Assembly (NCBI GenBank): GCA_030641525.1
Contig: DAOWHH010000001.1
Coordinates: 2,626 to 66,625 of the forward strand
Direction: 5' to 3'
From: a bacterium
GTDB taxonomy: Bacteria > Patescibacteriota > Minisyncoccia > Phycocordibacterales > UBA12079
DNA length: 64,000 bases
The notes under the pieces are model-generated. The model was not told where the DNA came from and ran no database searches. It worked only from the letters and a program-made list of their open reading frames with translations. Shown piece by piece: positions 1-10,714 of the stretch. The position numbers and the translations under genes were made by a program. Numbering within the stretch: position 1 is the first letter of the stretch; the number at the start of each line of letters is the position of its first letter.

Positions 1-1788
1 AGACAGAGAAGTTTGGGTGTGTCTAAAATATCAAAGAAAAAAATAAGCTTTTTTACTAAATTACTTATTTTTTCTATAGCATTTTTCTTTATATCTTTTG
101 GAATAGCTTTTTTTGTTTTTTATGGGGGTGTAAATATTATTTCTACAGAGAATGTTGATATTTCTGTGACAGGACCATCTTCTATTGGAGGAGGGGAAGA
201 GTTATCATTTCAAATTACTGTTCAAAATAATAACTCAGTTGACTTAGAATTAGCCGATTTGATTATAAAATATCCAAAAGGAACTCTTTCAGCTATTGAT
301 AAAAATACAGAATTGGTACAAGTTAGAGAAGCATTAGACACTATTTCTTCAGGAAGTAGTATGACTAAGTTATTTAAATCCACCTTATTTGGTGGTGAAG
401 GTGATAAAAAGGAAATTCTTATTACTATTGAATATAGAGCTAAAGGATCAAATGCTATTTTCTTTAAGGAAAGAAAATATGAAGTAATTATAGACTCTTC
501 TCCTGTTGTTTTTAATGTAGATATTCCAAAAGAAGTAATGGTTGGTCAAGAATTTGAACTTTCAATAGATATATCTTCAAATTCTAATAAGATTGTAAAG
601 GATTTCTTATTTGTGGTTGACTATCCTTTTGGTTTTGATTTTAAAAGTTCTGATATAAAACCAAGTTATAGTGATAATGTGTGGGATATTGGTGATATAC
701 AACCTAATTCAACGAGAATTTTGAAAATAAAAGGTGTCATTGAAGGTCAGGATAAAGAAGAAAGAGTTTTTAAATTTTATGGAGGAGCGAAGGATTTAAA
801 AAAGGGAAATGAAATTAAAGCTAAATTAGTTTCGATAGACGAGCCTGTTTTAATTAAAAAAACTCTTATTGGTGTGGAATTAGTTTTGAATGGAGATTAT
901 GCTCTTGAATATACTGCTCCAAGTGGTAAGAGTATTCGGGTAGATATATTATGGTCAAATAATTTAGCAACAAAATTGATTGATGGGAGAGTTGAACTAA
1001 AATTAAATGGAATTGTTTTGGATGAAGAGTCTATTTCTTCCGAGACGGGTTTTTATAGCTCGATTGATAATACGATAACTTGGGATAAATCAGATAATCC
1101 ACAATTGACTGTTTTGAATCCTGGTGATGACGGTAATCTAAGTTTTAGTTTTTCTATTCATCCTTTATCCTTTATATCTAATTCTGGTATAAAAAATCCA
1201 GAAATTGATCTTGATTTAACAGTAATAGCAAATCAATTATCGGATATCAATTCAGTTGAGACAGTAGAAACAACTCTTTCCAAAAAAATTAAAATAAGTA
1301 CAGATTTACTTTTGACAGGGAGGAGTCTTTATTCTATTGGAAGTTTTGAAAATATAGGACCAATACCACCTGAAATAGAAAAGGAAACAAATTATACTAT
1401 TGTATGGACGGTAGTTAATACATCTAATGATATTTCTAATGCGAAGGTAGTAGCATCATTACCTTCTTATGTAAAATGGGCTGGTAATATAAGTCCTCGT
1501 TTAGAAAATATTTCTTTTAACCCTATTGGAGGTGAAATAACTTGGGATGTCGGAGATATAAGAGCTGGTGATGGAGTTTCTACCATAGCTAAAGAGGTTA
1601 GTTTCCAAGTGACTTTAACACCTAGTTTAAGTCAGATAGGAACAGCTCCTATTTTAGTTGATAATATTTCTTTGGAAGGGGTAGATGATTTCACAAATAA
1701 ATTAATTAACTACTCCCTAGGATCAATAAACACTCGTTTTAGTACAGACCCTCTTTATAGCTCAGGAAATGAGAATGTGGTAAGGTAA
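1..1788 (+). CDS. Membrane-anchored multi-Ig-like (DUF11-type) surface protein, 5' end probably outside window
   Basis: Frame open from base 1; one TM helix followed by repeated beta-rich modules (e.g. ITWDVGDI, VSFQVTLTP). Confidence 0.7.
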   Translation, partial: RQRSLGVSKISKKKISFFTKLLIFSIAFFFISFGIAFFVFYGGVNIISTENVDISVTGPSSIGGGEELSFQITVQNNNSVDLELADLIIKYPKGTLSAIDKNTELVQVREALDTISSGSSMTKLFKSTLFGGEGDKKEILITIEYRAKGSNAIFFKERKYEVIIDSSPVVFNVDIPKEVMVGQEFELSIDISSNSNKIVKDFLFVVDYPFGFDFKSSDIKPSYSDNVWDIGDIQPNSTRILKIKGVIEGQDKEERVFKFYGGAKDLKKGNEIKAKLVSIDEPVLIKKTLIGVELVLNGDYALEYTAPSGKSIRVDILWSNNLATKLIDGRVELKLNGIVLDEESISSETGFYSSIDNTITWDKSDNPQLTVLNPGDDGNLSFSFSIHPLSFISNSGIKNPEIDLDLTVIANQLSDINSVETVETTLSKKIKISTDLLLTGRSLYSIGSFENIGPIPPEIEKETNYTIVWTVVNTSNDISNAKVVASLPSYVKWAGNISPRLENISFNPIGGEITWDVGDIRAGDGVSTIAKEVSFQVTLTPSLSQIGTAPILVDNISLEGVDDFTNKLINYSLGSINTRFSTDPLYSSGNENVVR

Positions 1789-1950
1789 TTTAAGTAGCAA
1801 GTATTAAGTATCAAGCTAAAATTCACGAAATGAATTTTATCAGTTTGAAAAATTGCGACTAAAACATTCTAAAGAATGTCCGTCCGATCAAAACAAAGTT
1901 TTGATTTAGGAAGTAATTTTCATACTTTATACTTAATACTTACTACTTAA
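1789..1950. repeat. Intergenic inverted-repeat element with heptamer-periodic arms and internal hairpins
   Basis: taagtagcaagtattaagtat pairs with atacttaatacttactactta; internal hairpins aaaattca/tgaatttt, acattc/gaatgt, atcaaaac-AAA-gttttgat. Confidence 0.75.
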
Positions 1951-1962
1951 TACATAATTATT

Positions 1963-3345
1963 ATGAAAGAAAAAAAACAATTGGATAAAATGGAAAAAAT
2001 AATCTCCCTCTCTAAGAGAAGAGGTTTTGTTTTTCAAGGTTCGGAAATATATGGAGGTATGGGAGGTACTTATAGTTATGGTCCGCTTGGAGTTGAGTTA
2101 AAAAATAATATTAAACAACTTTGGTGGAAGAAATTTGTTCAAGATCGGACAAATATTGTAGGAATAGATGGGCCTATATTACTTCATCCAAAATTATGGG
2201 TAGTTTCAGGACATGCTGAAGGTTTTGGTGATGCTATGGTTGATTGTAAAGAATGTAAAAAAAGATTTAGAGCAGATCATCTCGTTGAAGATGCCATAGG
2301 GAAAGATTTGGAGGGAAAGATTGAAGAAATGACAAAAATAATAAAAGAAGAAAAAATAAAATGTCCTAATTGTGGAAAGGTAAATTGGACTGATGTTAAA
2401 GAATTTAATATGATGTTCAAGACCCAAATGAATGGAGTAGAGGGAGATATTTTTCTACGACCTGAAACAGCAGGGGCAATTTTTATTGAATTTAAAAATG
2501 TAATGGATTCCACAAGACAAAAATTACCTTTTGGAATTGCACAGATTGGTAAAGCCTTTAGAAATGAAATTGTAGCAGGAAATTTTATTTTTAGATTAAG
2601 AGAATTTGAACAGATGGAAATTGAATATTTAATTCGTCCTCAAGAAAATTGGGAACCAATTTTTGATAATTGGTTAAATTTGCAAGAAGAATTTGCTATG
2701 GAATTGGGAGCAAAAAAAGAAGATTTAAGAAGATTAGAGCATCCTAGAGAAAAATTATCTCATTATTCTAAAAAAACTATAGATATTGAATATAAATTTC
2801 CTTTTGGTTTTAAAGAATTATATGGTTTGGCTCATAGAGGAGATTTTGATTTAACTCAACACACTGAATTTTCAAATGAAAAACTTGAATACTTTGATCA
2901 AGAAACTGGAGAGAGATTTATTCCTCATATTATAGAACCTACTTTTGGAGTGGAGAGAAGTCTGTTATTAGCTTTATTGTCTGCTTATACTGAAGAAGAA
3001 GTGGAAGGGGAAATTCGAGTGGTTTTGAAATTCCCAAACAAATTAGCTCCGATTAAAATTGCATTCTTACCACTTTCTAAAAAAGATGAATTAACAGAGC
3101 CAACTAAAAAATTATTTGATAAATTTAAAGAGAAATTTATTTGTCAGTATGATGAAACCCAATCAATTGGAAAAAGATATAGAAGGCAGGACGAAGTAGG
3201 AACACCTTATTGTGTGACTTTTGATTTTGACTCTTTGGGTGATAATTCTGTGACCGTGAGAGACAGAGATACAATGAAACAAGAAAGAGTTAAAATTGAA
3301 GACCTAGAGATATATTTAAATGAGAAATTTCACTCTAATGAGTGA
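1963..3345 (+). CDS. glyQS: Glycine--tRNA ligase, alpha2 type
   Basis: LRPETA, FGIAQIGKAFRNEI, REFEQMEIE, IGKRYRRQDEVGTP motifs. Confidence 0.97.
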   Translation: MKEKKQLDKMEKIISLSKRRGFVFQGSEIYGGMGGTYSYGPLGVELKNNIKQLWWKKFVQDRTNIVGIDGPILLHPKLWVVSGHAEGFGDAMVDCKECKKRFRADHLVEDAIGKDLEGKIEEMTKIIKEEKIKCPNCGKVNWTDVKEFNMMFKTQMNGVEGDIFLRPETAGAIFIEFKNVMDSTRQKLPFGIAQIGKAFRNEIVAGNFIFRLREFEQMEIEYLIRPQENWEPIFDNWLNLQEEFAMELGAKKEDLRRLEHPREKLSHYSKKTIDIEYKFPFGFKELYGLAHRGDFDLTQHTEFSNEKLEYFDQETGERFIPHIIEPTFGVERSLLLALLSAYTEEEVEGEIRVVLKFPNKLAPIKIAFLPLSKKDELTEPTKKLFDKFKEKFICQYDETQSIGKRYRRQDEVGTPYCVTFDFDSLGDNSVTVRDRDTMKQERVKIEDLEIYLNEKFHSNE

Positions 3346-3385
3346 TCTCTTGTTAGGATGAAAAATTGATAAATAGCAAAGAGGT

Positions 3386-3428
3386 AAAAACTACATAAAG
3401 AGAATGACCCTCTTTTTGTGTAGTTTTT
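3386..3428. repeat. Small palindrome, tacacaaaaag family (copy 1)
   Basis: aaaaactacataaagag...ctctttttgtgtagttttt; similar to 45757-45796. Confidence 0.55.
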
Positions 3429-3472
3429 ATAATATCTAGGATATTATAAAAATAAATGTATAATTAAAAACA

Positions 3473-4741
3473 ATGAAATTCAAAAAGAAAGTTTTAAAAA
3501 ATGGATTGAGGATTATTACTGTGTCGATGCAGGACAATAAAACAGCCACAGCTCTTGTTTTGGTTGAAGCAGGTTCTAAATATGAAGACAAAACAAATGA
3601 TGGCGTTTCTCATTTTCTTGAACATATGTGTTTCAAAGGAACAAGTAAAAGACCTTGTTCAGGGGATATTTCTCTTGAACTTGATTCGTTAGGAGCTTAT
3701 TCAAATGCTTTCACTTCTCACGAATTTACAGGTTATTATGCCAAAGCTCATTCTAAAAATATTCATAAAATAATAGAGATTATTTCAGATATGTATCTAA
3801 ACCCTATTTTTAATGAAGAAGAAATTAACAAAGAAAGAGGAGTTATAATTGAAGAGATAAATATGTATAAGGACTTACCAATGAAGAGTGTTTATGATAT
3901 TTGCTCAAAGCTTTTGTATGGAGATCAACCTGTTGGTAGACCTATTTTAGGAGATAAAAATTTTATCAAAAAATCAAATAAAAAAGATTTTGTAAATTAT
4001 AGAAAGAAACATTATGTGGCTTCAGCTACTACTATAGTGGTAACAGGTAATATTAACGAAAAAGAAATTATCAAAGATATAGAAGAAAAATTCAAAGATA
4101 TTGATATAAGTAAAAAATATAATAAGATAAAAGTTAAGGAATCTCAAAAGTCTCCTCAAATAATAACTAAAAATAAGAAATCAGATCAAAGTCACTTAAT
4201 TTTAGCTATTAGAGCTTTTGATTTTTTCAAAAAAGAAAGTGCTATTGTATCTATGATAGCGGGAATATTAGGAGCTGGAATGAGTTCAAGATTATTCAGT
4301 AAATTAAGGGATGAGATGGGAGTTTGTTATTATATAAATGCAGATAATGAAACATTTACAGATCACGGTCTTTTGAAAATTTCAGCAGGAGTTGATAATA
4401 AGAGAGTACAGGAAGTTGTAGAGGTGATTTTAAATGAATTGAAAAGATTAAAAACAGAATTAATTTCTGATTCTGAATTAAAAAAAGTTAAAGAATATTT
4501 GATAGGGAATTTGTTCTTAGGATTAGAATCGTCAGATTCTTTTGCTGAATTCTATGGAGTTCAAGAAATATTAAATAGACCAATAATGAATGCTAAAGAA
4601 AAAGCTAAAAGGATAAATGAAATTAGTGCAAAAGATATAAAAAGAGTAGCTAATAAAATATTTAAGAATGAAGGATTAAATTTAGCGATGATAGGTCCTG
4701 TAAAAGACAAAAAACCTCTTAAAAAGATTCTTTCTTTTTAA
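3473..4741 (+). CDS. M16 family zinc peptidase
   Basis: Inverted zinc motif HFLEH, NAFTS, GMSSRLF. Confidence 0.95.
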   Translation: MKFKKKVLKNGLRIITVSMQDNKTATALVLVEAGSKYEDKTNDGVSHFLEHMCFKGTSKRPCSGDISLELDSLGAYSNAFTSHEFTGYYAKAHSKNIHKIIEIISDMYLNPIFNEEEINKERGVIIEEINMYKDLPMKSVYDICSKLLYGDQPVGRPILGDKNFIKKSNKKDFVNYRKKHYVASATTIVVTGNINEKEIIKDIEEKFKDIDISKKYNKIKVKESQKSPQIITKNKKSDQSHLILAIRAFDFFKKESAIVSMIAGILGAGMSSRLFSKLRDEMGVCYYINADNETFTDHGLLKISAGVDNKRVQEVVEVILNELKRLKTELISDSELKKVKEYLIGNLFLGLESSDSFAEFYGVQEILNRPIMNAKEKAKRINEISAKDIKRVANKIFKNEGLNLAMIGPVKDKKPLKKILSF

Positions 4742-4763
4742 TTTTTATGTTAATATTAAATAT

Positions 4764-5840
4764 ATGAATGGTAATTCTAAAAATATTTTAATAAATATAG
4801 GGTCAGGAACAATAATAAAATCAATTTTATTGGGTTTGTTATTTGTATTTCTATATATTTTTCGTGATTTAGTACTGATTATCTTAACAGCTATAATTTT
4901 AGCGTCTTCCATTGAGCCTCTTACAAAATATTTGATGAAATTCAAGGTTCCTCGAGTTTTGGCAGTTATATTAATTTATCTGACAATTTTTGCTTTTTTT
5001 ATCACAATATTTATTATTTTTATTCCATTAGTTTTAGATGAAATTTTTTCTTTTATGTTGGTGTTACCACATTATCTAAGTATTCTTGAAACATGGAATC
5101 CTATTGCTCATGGAGGATTTTTATCCCAAGCAACTGTGGAAGGTTTGTCTTCTGGTTTTTCTGTTACTGAGATTATATCTGAATTAAAAGGAACCATAGG
5201 GTCTACTTTTAGTAGTTTTTGGCAGACTATCAATAATATATTTGGAGGTATTTTTTCATTTCTTTTAATATTAATTTTTTCTTTTTATTTTGCAGTTCAA
5301 GAATATGGAATTGTTAATTTTCTAAAAATTGTTACTCCTGTAGAACATGAAAAATACATAATTGATTTATGGAGAAGATCTCAGCTTAAGATTGGACTTT
5401 GGATGCAAGGACAACTTCTATTAGCTCTTTTGATTGGAGTGTTTGTGTATTTAGGTTTAATGATTTTAGGAGTTAAATATGCTTTATTGTTAGCTTTATT
5501 GGCTGCTTTTGCAGAACTTATTCCATTATTTGGTCCTATTTTAGCTGCTATCCCTGCGATCTTGATTGCTTTTGCTGGTGGTGGAGTGACGATGGGATTA
5601 ATGGTATTAGGCTTTTTTGTTGTAATTCAACAATTTGAAAATCATTTGATTTACCCTCTAGTTGTTAAAAAGGTGGTGGGAGTACCTCCTTTAATGGTTA
5701 TTATTTCTCTTTTAGTTGGGGTACATTTAGCTGGTTTTTTGGGAGTTATTATTGCAGTTCCTGTAGCTGCTATAATGATGGAGTTTATTAATGATGTAGA
5801 AAGAAATAAAAGAAAACAAATAGAAAAGATTGGAAAATGA
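4764..5840 (+). CDS. AI-2E family (PerM-like) transporter
   Basis: Multi-TM; IPLFGP and QQFENHLIYP motifs. Confidence 0.92.
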   Translation: MNGNSKNILINIGSGTIIKSILLGLLFVFLYIFRDLVLIILTAIILASSIEPLTKYLMKFKVPRVLAVILIYLTIFAFFITIFIIFIPLVLDEIFSFMLVLPHYLSILETWNPIAHGGFLSQATVEGLSSGFSVTEIISELKGTIGSTFSSFWQTINNIFGGIFSFLLILIFSFYFAVQEYGIVNFLKIVTPVEHEKYIIDLWRRSQLKIGLWMQGQLLLALLIGVFVYLGLMILGVKYALLLALLAAFAELIPLFGPILAAIPAILIAFAGGGVTMGLMVLGFFVVIQQFENHLIYPLVVKKVVGVPPLMVIISLLVGVHLAGFLGVIIAVPVAAIMMEFINDVERNKRKQIEKIGK

Positions 5841-7264
5841 ATAAAAACTTTTATATTACTACTACTTTGCCTTATGTAAACGCAGATCCTCATGTGGGTT
5901 TTGCTTCTGAAATTTTACGAGCAGATTTTTTAGCTCGCTATAAAAGAGAGAGAGATTTTGATGTGTTTTTTAATACAGGAACTGATGAGCATGGAATGAA
6001 GATTCATCATAATGCTATGGAGCAGGGAGTAGATACTCAGGAATATGTAGATAAGTATGCAAAGAGATTTGATGATTTAAAGAAGGTGTTGAACTTGTCT
6101 TATGATAGTTTTATGAGAACAACCGACAAAGATCATATGAAGTCCACCCAAACTTTTTGGAAAAAATGTGAAGATAACGGAGATATTTATAAAAAGATAT
6201 ATAAAGTAAAATATTGTGTTGGTTGTGAATTAGAAAAAACAGATTCAGAATTAGTAGATGGTTGTTGTCCTTTACACCCAGGAAAAGAATTAGAAATAAT
6301 TGAAGAAGAAAATTATTTTTTCCGTTTTTCTAATTATGGAGAGAAACTTTTGAAATTATATGAAGACAATCTTGATTTTATCATTCCTGATTATCGTCAA
6401 AATGAAATTAAAAAATTCGTGGAGAGAGGATTGCAAGATTTCAGTATCTCTCGTCTGAAAGAAAAAATGCCTTGGGGAGTACCTGTTCCTGGGGATGATG
6501 AGCATGTAATGTATGTTTGGTTTGATGCTCTTGTGAACTATATTTCAGCTATTGGCTGGCCTAATGATATGGAGAAATTTGAAAAATGGTGGCCTGTTTT
6601 CCAAGTAGCTGGAAAAGATAATCTTCGTCAGCAATCGGCAATGTGGCAAGCTATGTTGATGTCTGCTGGTCTAGAACCTTCTAAGCAAATACATATTTTT
6701 GGGTTTATTAATTCTGGAGGACAAAAGATGAGTAAAAGTATCGGAAATGTAATCAATCCTTTAGATATTGTGAATGAATATGGTACTGACGCTTTAAGAT
6801 ATTATATTGCTAGGCATATAAATATGTATGAAGATTCTGATATGACTATGGATAAATTCAAAGAAGTTTATAACGCTGATTTAGCCAATGGATTAGGTAA
6901 TTTAGTGAGTCGGATAATGAAGATGGTTGAAAATTATGAAGTGAAATTTGAGCCAGAAGATTTTAAATTGGAAGGGTGTTCAGAATTTATAGAATTAATG
7001 AATGAATTTAAGGTGAATGAATCTATTGATTTAATTTGGCAAAAAATTAAATATTTAGATGAAAAGATTCAAGAAGAAGAACCTTTTAAGGTTGCTAAAG
7101 ATAATTTAGAAAAAGCTCAGAATATGTTGAAGAATTATCTTGTTGTACTTTGGGAAATATCAAATCTATTAATAATTTTTATGCCAGAAACAGCAGAAAA
7201 AATCCAAAATCTAATCAAAGAAAATAAATCTCCAAAAGAACCTTTGTTTCTAAGAAAAAAATAA
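5837..7264 (+). CDS. metG: Methionine--tRNA ligase (short form, no C-terminal tRNA-binding domain)
   Basis: YITTTLPYVNADPHVG, GTDEHG, YVWFDAL, KMSKS. Confidence 0.97.
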   Translation: MNKNFYITTTLPYVNADPHVGFASEILRADFLARYKRERDFDVFFNTGTDEHGMKIHHNAMEQGVDTQEYVDKYAKRFDDLKKVLNLSYDSFMRTTDKDHMKSTQTFWKKCEDNGDIYKKIYKVKYCVGCELEKTDSELVDGCCPLHPGKELEIIEEENYFFRFSNYGEKLLKLYEDNLDFIIPDYRQNEIKKFVERGLQDFSISRLKEKMPWGVPVPGDDEHVMYVWFDALVNYISAIGWPNDMEKFEKWWPVFQVAGKDNLRQQSAMWQAMLMSAGLEPSKQIHIFGFINSGGQKMSKSIGNVINPLDIVNEYGTDALRYYIARHINMYEDSDMTMDKFKEVYNADLANGLGNLVSRIMKMVENYEVKFEPEDFKLEGCSEFIELMNEFKVNESIDLIWQKIKYLDEKIQEEEPFKVAKDNLEKAQNMLKNYLVVLWEISNLLIIFMPETAEKIQNLIKENKSPKEPLFLRKK

Positions 7265-7347
7265 ATAATTCCAAATTTAGCATACTTCTTCCTCAACCTC
7301 TGAAAAAATATTTTCAATGTATTGTAAACACACCTCAAATATTTTTT
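7265..7347. repeat. ~120-bp palindromic element family, degenerate copy 1
   Basis: ccaaatttagcatacttctt...aaaaaatattttca...ctcaaatattttt aligns with 40790-40913 and 50717-50830. Confidence 0.65.
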
Positions 7348-7430
7348 GACGAAGATGAAAAAGAAAACTTTTAATTATTAGTCATTATTATGTTAAACGA
7401 GAAGAATATAAGACAAAACGAGAACAAAAA

Positions 7431-7613
7431 ATGATTAATGAAGATATAAAGAAAATAAAATTAGCTTATAGAAAAGGACAATATAGAATAAGTGGAGGAT
7501 TGTACTCTGAGTTAGAATATCAAACCTATGCTAGTAAAGAATCTGCTAGAATAGAAGAATAACTTAAAGATCCAAAAAACCTTATAAGTATTGATGAGTT
7601 AATGAAAGTTTGA
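7431..7613 (+). pseudogene. Small ORF interrupted by an in-frame TAA, possible antitoxin remnant
   Basis: MINEDIKK...ARIEE*LKDPKNLISIDELMKV*; stop at 7560-7562; lies directly upstream of higBA. Confidence 0.35.
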
Positions 7614-7631
7614 ACTGTTATATAGTAATGG

Positions 7632-7667
7632 TTGACAATAATATTGTATAACGTTAATATGTATTAT
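7632..7667 (+). promoter_or_regulatory. higBA promoter with palindromic operator
   Basis: TTGACA (7632) N17 TAATAT (7655); palindrome taacgtta overlaps the -10 region. Confidence 0.6.
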
Positions 7668-7672
7668 AGATT

Positions 7673-7954
7673 ATGATAATTGATTTTAAATCTAAAGAAA
7701 TAAATAAGATTTTTTTAGGTGGGTTTTCTAAAGTATTTTCACGTAATACTTGTCGAGTAATTCAAAGAAAATTATGGATGTTAGATGCCTCTACTAACTT
7801 ACAAGACTTAAGAATACCGCCATCAAATAGGTTAGAAAAATTGAAAGGGAAAAGAGTCGGACAACATAGTATTAGAATAAATAAAAAATGGCGAATTTGT
7901 TTTCGGTGGCAAAATGGAAATGCTTATCAAGTAGAAGTAGTTGATTATCACTAA
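7673..7954 (+). CDS. higB: HigB toxin (RelE superfamily)
   Basis: DLRIPPSNRLEKLKG...HSIRINKKWRICFRW...VEVVDYH. Confidence 0.95.
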   Translation: MIIDFKSKEINKIFLGGFSKVFSRNTCRVIQRKLWMLDASTNLQDLRIPPSNRLEKLKGKRVGQHSIRINKKWRICFRWQNGNAYQVEVVDYH

Positions 7955-7972
7955 AATCTTAAGTTAAATAAT

Positions 7973-8302
7973 ATGAGTACAAAAAACAAACAAAATAAAA
8001 AAATAAATAATATTCATCCTGGAGAGATTCTTTTGGAAGAATTTTTAAAACCTCTTAGCTTAAGTCAGTATCGTTTAGCTAAAGAAATTAATGTTTCTGC
8101 CTTGAGAATCAATGAAATTGTTCATCAAAAAAGAGCTATTACAGCTGATACAGCATTACGTTTATCTAGATTTTTTGGAAATTCAGCTCAGTTTTGGTTA
8201 AACTTACAAACAAAGTTTGATTTGTTGAATACTGAATTTAAGATTTCTGATCAAATTAGTCATAAAATTTCTCCTTTTAATTTTGTAAATGATAATTTAT
8301 AA
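7973..8302 (+). CDS. higA: HigA antitoxin (XRE HTH)
   Basis: IHPGEILLEEFL...ITADTALRLSRFFGNSAQFWLNLQ. Confidence 0.95.
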   Translation: MSTKNKQNKKINNIHPGEILLEEFLKPLSLSQYRLAKEINVSALRINEIVHQKRAITADTALRLSRFFGNSAQFWLNLQTKFDLLNTEFKISDQISHKISPFNFVNDNL

Positions 8303-8323
8303 AAACTAGATTTTAAAAATAAT

Positions 8324-8788
8324 ATGGACAAACTAGAAAAATTTATCATAAAAGCTAAAGCCAATGGTTGGGTAGGAACAGAGAAGAGGGGAGAAAAAAT
8401 CAAATCTTCCAGAGAAGGAGCCTTTGATATTATATATAACGAAGGTGATTATCATTACCATGATTCATTTGTGGGTTTTTCTGATTTCTGCGGAATGGAA
8501 CATATAACTTACAAAAAAGAACCTGTTTGGTCTATGGCTTATTATGGTTATCTTTTAGAACCAGATATGTTTTCTGGTGATGAAGCCGTTGATATTTTAA
8601 AAGATGCTCTTGGAGAAATGTATAAGCAAGGAAGATTTTTAGGTGGGGATGTTTTTAAAAAAGGAAAATTCGAATATCGAGATATGAATTTCGGAGGTTA
8701 TAAAAAATTCAATGGAGTAGAGAAGATTTATATGGATGGAAAATTGGTGTATGAATTGATTTATTTCGGAGGTTTGGTTAAAAAATAA
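8324..8788 (+). CDS. DUF5680-like hypothetical protein
   Basis: YHDSFVG..F.G.E...PVWSMAYYG and terminal YFGG pattern. Confidence 0.65.
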   Translation: MDKLEKFIIKAKANGWVGTEKRGEKIKSSREGAFDIIYNEGDYHYHDSFVGFSDFCGMEHITYKKEPVWSMAYYGYLLEPDMFSGDEAVDILKDALGEMYKQGRFLGGDVFKKGKFEYRDMNFGGYKKFNGVEKIYMDGKLVYELIYFGGLVKK

Positions 8789-8793
8789 ATAAT

Positions 8794-9582
8794 ATGTATA
8801 AATACTTTGATACACATGCTCATTTAGATATGTCTCAATTTGATGAGGATAGAGATATTTTGATTAAGAAATTACAGGATGAAAATATTGGAGTAATTAC
8901 AATTGGGGTGGATAAAAAATCATCTCTTGAAGCAATTAAGTTGTCAGAAAAATATGACAATGTTTTTGCTAGTGTTGGTTTTCATCCTATAGATGCAAAA
9001 GAAGAATTTAAGTGGGAGTATTTTTCCGAGATTATTCAAAATCCAAAAATTGTAGCCATAGGGGAGTGTGGTTTAGAATTTTTCAGAATAGAGAAAGATT
9101 CTGAAGAAGAAAAGAAACGACAAATTAAATTATTTGAATCACAAATTGATTTTGCAGTAAAATATGATAAACCTTTAATGATTCATTGCAGAAACGCTCA
9201 CAAGGATGTTTTAGCTATTTTAAAGGTAAAAAAACAAAAATATGGTGACAAATTGAGAGGAATTATCCATTTTTTCTCTGGAAATATACAGGAAGCTCAA
9301 GAATATATAGATTTGGGATTTTCTTTTTCTTTTGGTGGAGTAATTACCTTTACTTCTGATTATGACGAGGTTGTGAAATTTATTCCTATTGATAGGATTT
9401 TATCAGAAACAGACGCTCCTTTTGTGGCCCCAGAGCCATATAGAGGAAAGAGAAATGAGCCGATTTATATAAAAGAGGTGGTTAAAAAGATAGCCGAACT
9501 AAAAGAAGAAGATTTGGCTAAAACTAAAGACATTCTAGTACAAAATGCAGTAAATATGTTTGCATTAGGTGTTAAATTATGA
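8794..9582 (+). CDS. tatD: TatD family DNase
   Basis: DTHAHL, GFHP, AIGECGL, IHCR, ETDAPF. Confidence 0.95.
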   Translation: MYKYFDTHAHLDMSQFDEDRDILIKKLQDENIGVITIGVDKKSSLEAIKLSEKYDNVFASVGFHPIDAKEEFKWEYFSEIIQNPKIVAIGECGLEFFRIEKDSEEEKKRQIKLFESQIDFAVKYDKPLMIHCRNAHKDVLAILKVKKQKYGDKLRGIIHFFSGNIQEAQEYIDLGFSFSFGGVITFTSDYDEVVKFIPIDRILSETDAPFVAPEPYRGKRNEPIYIKEVVKKIAELKEEDLAKTKDILVQNAVNMFALGVKL

Positions 9583-9595
9583 TAGTCTTTCGTTT

Positions 9596-10135
9596 ATGAA
9601 AAAAGAGGAAAATATATCTAAAAATGATATTTATGAAATTGGCTATCTTTTAGTGTCAAATATTTTAGAAGACGAGATACTTAAAGAAGTAGCTAATCTT
9701 AAATCTATATTAGAAAAACAAAAATCTACTTTTATGTCAGGAGATGAGCCTAAATTAATAAATCTTGCTTATCCTATGTCAAAAATGATTGATGGTGAGA
9801 AACAGATATTTGATAAAGCTTATTTTGCTTGGATTAAATTCAGAATTGATGTTGAGAAACTAGATGTTTTTAAAAAGGAACTTGATAAGTATCAGAATAT
9901 TTTAAGGTATCTTTTAATAAAAACTCTTGAAAAAGATACTATGATGTCAGATTCTAAAAAAAGTGTTTTTGTACAAAAAGATAAAAGTATAACTCAGGAA
10001 GGAAAAGTTATTGAGCCATTAAAGATTGTTGAAAAGGATTCTCATCAAGAAAATGAGGAAGTAAAAATAACAGAAAAAGAAAAAAAGGAGAAAAAGGATT
10101 TAGATGAGACAATTGATAACTTAATAATAAAATAA
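9596..10135 (+). CDS. rpsF: 30S ribosomal protein S6 with long charged C-terminal tail
   Basis: YEIGYL, LAYPM, ILRYLLIK; rpsF-ssb-rpsR synteny; ATG at 9596 preferred. Confidence 0.88.
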   Translation: MKKEENISKNDIYEIGYLLVSNILEDEILKEVANLKSILEKQKSTFMSGDEPKLINLAYPMSKMIDGEKQIFDKAYFAWIKFRIDVEKLDVFKKELDKYQNILRYLLIKTLEKDTMMSDSKKSVFVQKDKSITQEGKVIEPLKIVEKDSHQENEEVKITEKEKKEKKDLDETIDNLIIK

Positions 10136-10163
10136 AATTATTACTCAATAACTAAATAAATAT

Positions 10164-10604
10164 ATGTATCTAAATAAGGTTATTTTAATAGGAAATTTAA
10201 CACGAGATCCAGAATTAAAGGCTTTGCCGTCTGGTAATCAAGTAGTTAATTTTAGTATAGCTACAAATAGTGTATGGAGAGATAAGGAAGGTAATAAGAA
10301 AGAGGCTGTGGAATTTCATAATATTGTATCTTTTGGTAAACAAGCCGAAAATATAGCTCAATATATGAAAAAAGGAAGTAGTCTTTTAGTTGAAGGTAGA
10401 TTACAAACACAAAGCTGGGAAGCTGATGGTATAAAGAAATATAGAACTGAAATAGTAGCTGATAAGGTGCAATTTGGTCCTAAGAGGGACGGAGGAGCAT
10501 CTAATAATTATGACAATCAGGATAAAGGTGAAAATAATGCTCCAAAACCTGATACAGTTGATTATCCGCAAGAAGAAATTAATCCAGATGATATACCGTT
10601 CTAA
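10164..10604 (+). CDS. ssb: Single-stranded DNA-binding protein
   Basis: NKVILIGNLTRDPE...DDIPF. Confidence 0.98.
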   Translation: MYLNKVILIGNLTRDPELKALPSGNQVVNFSIATNSVWRDKEGNKKEAVEFHNIVSFGKQAENIAQYMKKGSSLLVEGRLQTQSWEADGIKKYRTEIVADKVQFGPKRDGGASNNYDNQDKGENNAPKPDTVDYPQEEINPDDIPF

Positions 10605-10714
10605 TTTTCTGAAGGAAATTAAAACGAGTTAAAAGTTCGTAAAGTTGAAAGTTAAAAGTCAAAAATTTTCAAAGCAAATTTTTATACCTAATACTTAATA
10701 TATAATACTTATTC

